From positions 45,818,001 to 45,882,000 of the forward strand of contig OZ024750.1 in the NCBI GenBank assembly GCA_964016885.1: a stretch of DNA of 64,000 nt, written 5' to 3'. Below the pieces are notes generated by a model. The model saw only the letters and a list, made by a program, of their open reading frames with translations. It ran no database searches and was not told the origin of the DNA. A program made the translations under genes and the position numbers. Each line of letters begins with the position of its first letter. The first letter of the stretch is position 1. Below are positions 59,343 through 64,000 of the stretch, one piece after another. Source of the stretch: Eledone cirrhosa. Lineage: Eukaryota.

Positions 59343-59889
59343 ATATATAGATATATGTATATATATATATAGTTTTGCGAGGTTTTTGATATGAAATCGT
59401 GTGTGAAACAAATATTGTTATACTTGGGGAGGGTCATATTTGTGTAATATTGCCAGAATTAATAACACTCACTGTTTGGTTGGTTTTCGCTTTTCGCTTA
59501 TGTGTCTTTTATATCGGTAATTTAATTTATTCGGTCCTCAATGTTGCCATTGACTGACCAACGGTCAAAAATACATATACAATATAGACACAAACACATA
59601 CATATATATTGTTTATCAAAGTTCTTTCATTGCACATCTGCAACTTCGTCAGTGGTGCTATTGTTTCCTCCCGTTGCATTGTATTTTCTATTAATTCTGG
59701 CAATATTACACAAATATGACCCCCCCCAAGTATAACAATATATATATATATATTAAAGATACTATTTATAGTTTTGTATATACTATACTATAGACAACTA
59801 TAAACAGGGAAGGTCAGTAATGTATTACTACCTTATTACCAGTAAGATAAACAGCTCAATTTAAGAACATCAGTTGTTTTACGGAGCAG

Positions 59890-59962
<73 letters not shown>

Positions 59963-59964
59963 GG

Positions 59965-60011
<47 letters not shown>

Positions 60012-60016
60012 TTACA

Positions 60017-60074
<58 letters not shown>

Positions 60075-60077
<3 letters not shown>

Positions 60078-60310
60078 TGGAGGTCGTGGGTTCGATTCCT
60101 GGGTTGCGTGTTGTGTTCTTGAGCAAAACACTTCATTTCACGTGACTCCAGCTTACTCAGCTGAAAATGAGTACCAGCAATAGCTTTGGGTTTAACCCTG
60201 CGATGGACTGGCGTCCTGTCCAGGTGGGAGACGTGTACGCTCAGTCGCTTACCGCCATGAAACCGAGATAAGCACAGGTCAAATGAGCCTTCTGGCTTAA
60301 GACAGACTTT
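60075..60310 (+). mobile_element. SINE family 2 variant
   Basis: B-box ggttcgattcc, ttgagcaaaacacttcatttcacg, and 3' aaccctgcgatggactggcgtcctgtccagg. Confidence 0.75.
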
Positions 60311-60350
60311 AGTCTTTAGATCTCTCTATATATGTGTGTGTGTTTGTGTG

Positions 60351-60423
<73 letters not shown>

Positions 60424-60424
<1 letters not shown>

Positions 60425-61240
60425 CTAGCAGTAAAGCCCGGCGTTGTTCGGGGCTGTTCAGTAGCTGTATTAAAGTTACAATGTTAAGTTCCTTTCTTGG
60501 CTTAAAAACTGTAGAGTCTACAGTGTAGACTTTCATGTGGTACTTTTAATATCCCTCAACCAACAGTATGCCTTATGAAGTTAAGAAAACATAACCATAA
60601 CCCGAATGTTAAAACAAAAGAGGATGCTGGGGATAAAAACTACACTGCCTATCTATGAACAAAAAATCGAAAATGTAAACACTTGTCTCAGAGAAAAACA
60701 TCAGCGTAACCAATCTATCAGTTATTTTGAAACAAAGAAATTGGATGGACATGAACAAAAAAAAAATAATAATAATGCGTTATCTGTCTGTCGTTTAAAA
60801 TCATTGCTTCTAAATGAAAATCTCATAAGGCTTTATTCGAGATTATATATATAGATCAATGCTTTTTTCACAAAATATTTGCTTGTTTTACGGTGTATTC
60901 AAATAGGCTTGTTTTCAAGTAAAAATATTGTTTTAAAAGACTTTTTAATGAAAGTTTAATGTTGAAACCTCGAACTCATGAATTTTGAGGGTTAACATTT
61001 TGCTGGCCCGAAAACTGTTCGTGAATTTTTTGTACTTTTGCACTCGTCGTTTATTCGAAACATAAATAGACAGAATGACGCCATAAAAGGGAAATAACTA
61101 ATCTCTCATCTTTATTTATACGTTTGAACTGAAAAATCAATACATTACAAATTCGATTTTTGCACTTGGCGTGGGTCGATTTGAACATTTTTTGACCGAT
61201 GTCGCCGCCAGACCATCATCTATAAGTGTAGCAATTTCAC
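60424..61240 (-). mobile_element. Non-autonomous Helitron-like element (3' end at about 60424; 5' boundary uncertain)
   Basis: Minus strand ends gcccgaacaacgccgggc (hairpin) tttactg CTAG|t. Confidence 0.6.
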
Positions 61241-61757
61241 CGAACTGCTCTGTAGAAACAACTGATGTTATTACATAGCACTATTTATCTTACTGGTAAT
61301 AAGGTAGTAATAAATTACTGTCTTTCACTGTTTAGGGTGTAAAAAATATATAACTATAACAAGTTTTAGTATATACATAACCATAAATAGTATCCTTAAT
61401 ACTAGATATAAATATGTGTATATATATGTGTATTTACATATATATATATATTTCTATGTCCCCGTGCATATACATACACATGCACCCATGCATATACATA
61501 TATACACACACATGTAGATGTGTATATACATATTTACACACTTTTGGATGGCCGTTGAACCCTATGAGATCTTCCGCCCTTTGTCAGGTTTTGTTTTTTG
61601 TCCTGCAGGGTGTCCAAAATCACCCTCCTCACCAAGTAAACTTGGTGGGGTTGCCGGTTTAGTCGCCGATGACCCCACCACGCGACAGGTTGTACTGGGT
61701 TACATGTTACCAGTATCACTCAAGAGTGACCCGATATATATATATACATATACATAT

Positions 61758-61816
<59 letters not shown>

Positions 61817-61820
61817 TATA

Positions 61821-63858
61821 TTGGAATAAATGCTCTGAAATAGCGATATATATGTGAATATAGACATAGAATATTCGAAAATATTCTGTATGTTTATAAT
61901 AAACATTTTGAAGACCTAATCGCTATAGAATAGAATACGTCACGTATTACAATTAGATTCTCGATAAAAGCAAGGGAAGTAATCTACGCGTTTCATTCTT
62001 GTTAGAAATCATCAGGACTACATATCCAGTGCTTTTATCGAGAATGACACAGCTAGAGACTTATAGAATACTTAGCTGTGTACAGGAACTGGTTTGAAAG
62101 AGCGGTTGCCGGTCCGGCAGAAATTAGAAATTGGAATAAATGCTCTGAAATAGCGATATATATGTGAATATAGACATAGAATATTCGAAAATATTCTGTA
62201 TGTTTATAATAAACATTTTGAAGACCTAATCGCTATAGAATAGAATACGTCACGTATTACAATTAGATTCTCGATAAAAGCAAGGGAAGTAATCTACGCG
62301 TTTCATTCTTGTTAGAAATCATCAGGACTACATATCCAGTGCTTTTATCGAGAATGACACAGCTAGAGACTTATAGAATACTTAGCTGTGTACAGGAACT
62401 GGTTTGAAAGAGCGGTTGCCGGTCCGGCAGAAATTAGAAATTGGAATAAATGCTCTGAAATAGCGATATATATGTGAATATAGACATAGAATATTCGAAA
62501 ATATTCTGTATGTTTATAATAAACATTTTGAAGACCTAATAGCGATTAGGTCTTCAAAATGTTTATTATAAACATACAGAATATTTTCGAATATTCTATG
62601 TCTATATTCACATATATATCGCTATTTCAGAGCATTTATTCCAATTTCTAATTTCTGCCGGACCGGCAACCGCTCTTTCAAACCAGTTCCTGTACACAGC
62701 TAAGTATTCTATAAGTCTCTAGCTGTGTCATTCTCGATAAAAGCACTGGATATGTAGTCCTGATGATTTCTAACAAGAATGAAACGCGTAGATTACTTCC
62801 CTTGCTTTTATCGAGAATCTAATTGTAATACGTGACGTATTCTATTCTATAGCGATTAGGTCTTCAAAATGTTTATTATAAACATACAGAATATTTTCGA
62901 ATATTCTATGTCTATATTCACATATATATCGCTATTTCAGAGCATTTATTCCAATTTCTAATTTCTGCCGGACCGGCAACCGCTCTTTCAAACCAGTTCC
63001 TGTACACAGCTAAGTATTCTATAAGTCTCTAGCTGTGTCATTCTCGATAAAAGCACTGGATATGTAGTCCTGATGATTTCTAACAAGAATGAAACGCGTA
63101 GATTACTTCCCTTGCTTTTATCGAGAATCTAATTGTAATACGTGACGTATTCTATTCTATAGCGATTAGGTCTTCAAAATGTTTATTATAAACATACAGA
63201 ATATTTTCGAATATTCTATGTCTATATTCACATATATATCGCTATTTCAGAGCATTTATTCCAATTTCTAATTTCTGCCGGACCGGCAACCGCTCTTTCA
63301 AACCAGTTCCTGTACACAGCTAAGTATTCTATAAGTCTCTAGCTGTGTCATTCTCGATAAAAGCACTGGATATGTAGTCCTGATGATTTCTAACAAGAAT
63401 GAAACGCGTAGATTACTTCCCTTGCTTTTATCGAGAATCTAATTGTAATACGTGACGTATTCTATTCTATAGCGATTAGGTCTTCAAAATGTTTATTATA
63501 AACATACAGAATATTTTCGAATATTCTATGTCTATATTCACATATATATCGCTATTTCGGAGCATTTATTCCAATTTCTAATTTCTGCCGGACCGGCAAC
63601 CGCTCTTTCAAACCAGTTCCTGTACACAGCTAAGTATTCTATAAGTCTCTAGCTGTGTCATTCTCGATAAAAGCACTGGATATGTAGTCCTGATGATTTC
63701 TAACAAGAATGAAACGCGTAGATTACTTCCCTTGCTTTTATCGAGAATCTAATTGTAATACGTGACGTATTCTATTCTATAGCGATTAGGTCTTCAAAAT
63801 GTTTATTATAAACATACAGAATATTTTCGAATATTCTATGTCTATATTCACATATATA
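61821..63858. mobile_element. 310-bp hammerhead tandem array (non-LTR retrozyme-like) with internal inversion
   Basis: About 2.3 minus-oriented units (61821, 62131, 62441), a turn at 62541-62544, then about 4.2 plus units (62541, 62851, 63161, 63471, 63781). (TA)n on both sides. Confidence 0.92.
62754..62796 (+). ncRNA. Type I hammerhead of the 310-bp unit (also 63064, 63374, 63684 plus; 61979-62021 and 62289-62331 minus)
   Basis: gtagtc-CTGATGA-tttctaacaagaat-GAAA-cgcg-TA-gattac. Stem I is extended by attctcgataaaagca / tgcttttatcgagaat. Confidence 0.88.
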
Positions 63859-63865
63859 TATATAT

Positions 63866-64000
63866 GAAGGCGTGTGGCTGAGTGGTTAGAGAATTGGATT
63901 CGCAATCGTGAGGTTGTGAGTTCGATTCCTGGAACAGGCGATGCGTTATGTCCTTGAGCAAGACACTTTATTTCACGTTGCTCCTTCTACCTGGAGTTGC
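63866..64000 (+). mobile_element. SINE family 2
   Basis: ggcgtgtggctgagtggttag (A box), gagttcgattcc (B box), ttgagcaagacactttatttcacgttgctcc. Confidence 0.85.

Noticed and set aside
61821-63858. CRISPR array or simple satellite interpretation of the 310-bp array
   Set aside because: There are no unique spacers and the context is eukaryotic. The per-unit hammerhead and TA-flanked inversion fit a retrozyme-like origin better.

Overview
AT-rich eukaryotic non-coding DNA. The SINE repertoire and microsatellite load resemble an octopus/cephalopod genome (inference). It is dominated by (TA)n, (CA)n, (GA)n, (TATG)n and trinucleotide microsatellites, so nearly all ORFs in the supplied track are repeat artefacts. 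Recognisable mobile DNA: about 15 copies of one tRNA-derived SINE and about 5 of a second; a frameshifted Helitron PIF1-helicase remnant with Helitron termini; 3' remnants of RTE-like and Ingi/Vingi-like LINEs; and a hAT-like MITE. The main signal is a diverse set of short non-coding elements embedded in (TA)n tracts. They carry type I hammerhead ribozyme (HHR) motifs and show fold-back or partial-tandem architecture, as expected for Penelope-like element termini or non-LTR retrozymes. Highlights are a near-perfect 310-bp HHR tandem array that inverts mid-way (61.8-63.9 kb), a U3:A8 core-covariant HHR, and a possible nested double hammerhead. All ribozyme calls are by-eye pairings and are untested. 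No confident host gene was found; there are two weak candidate exons.
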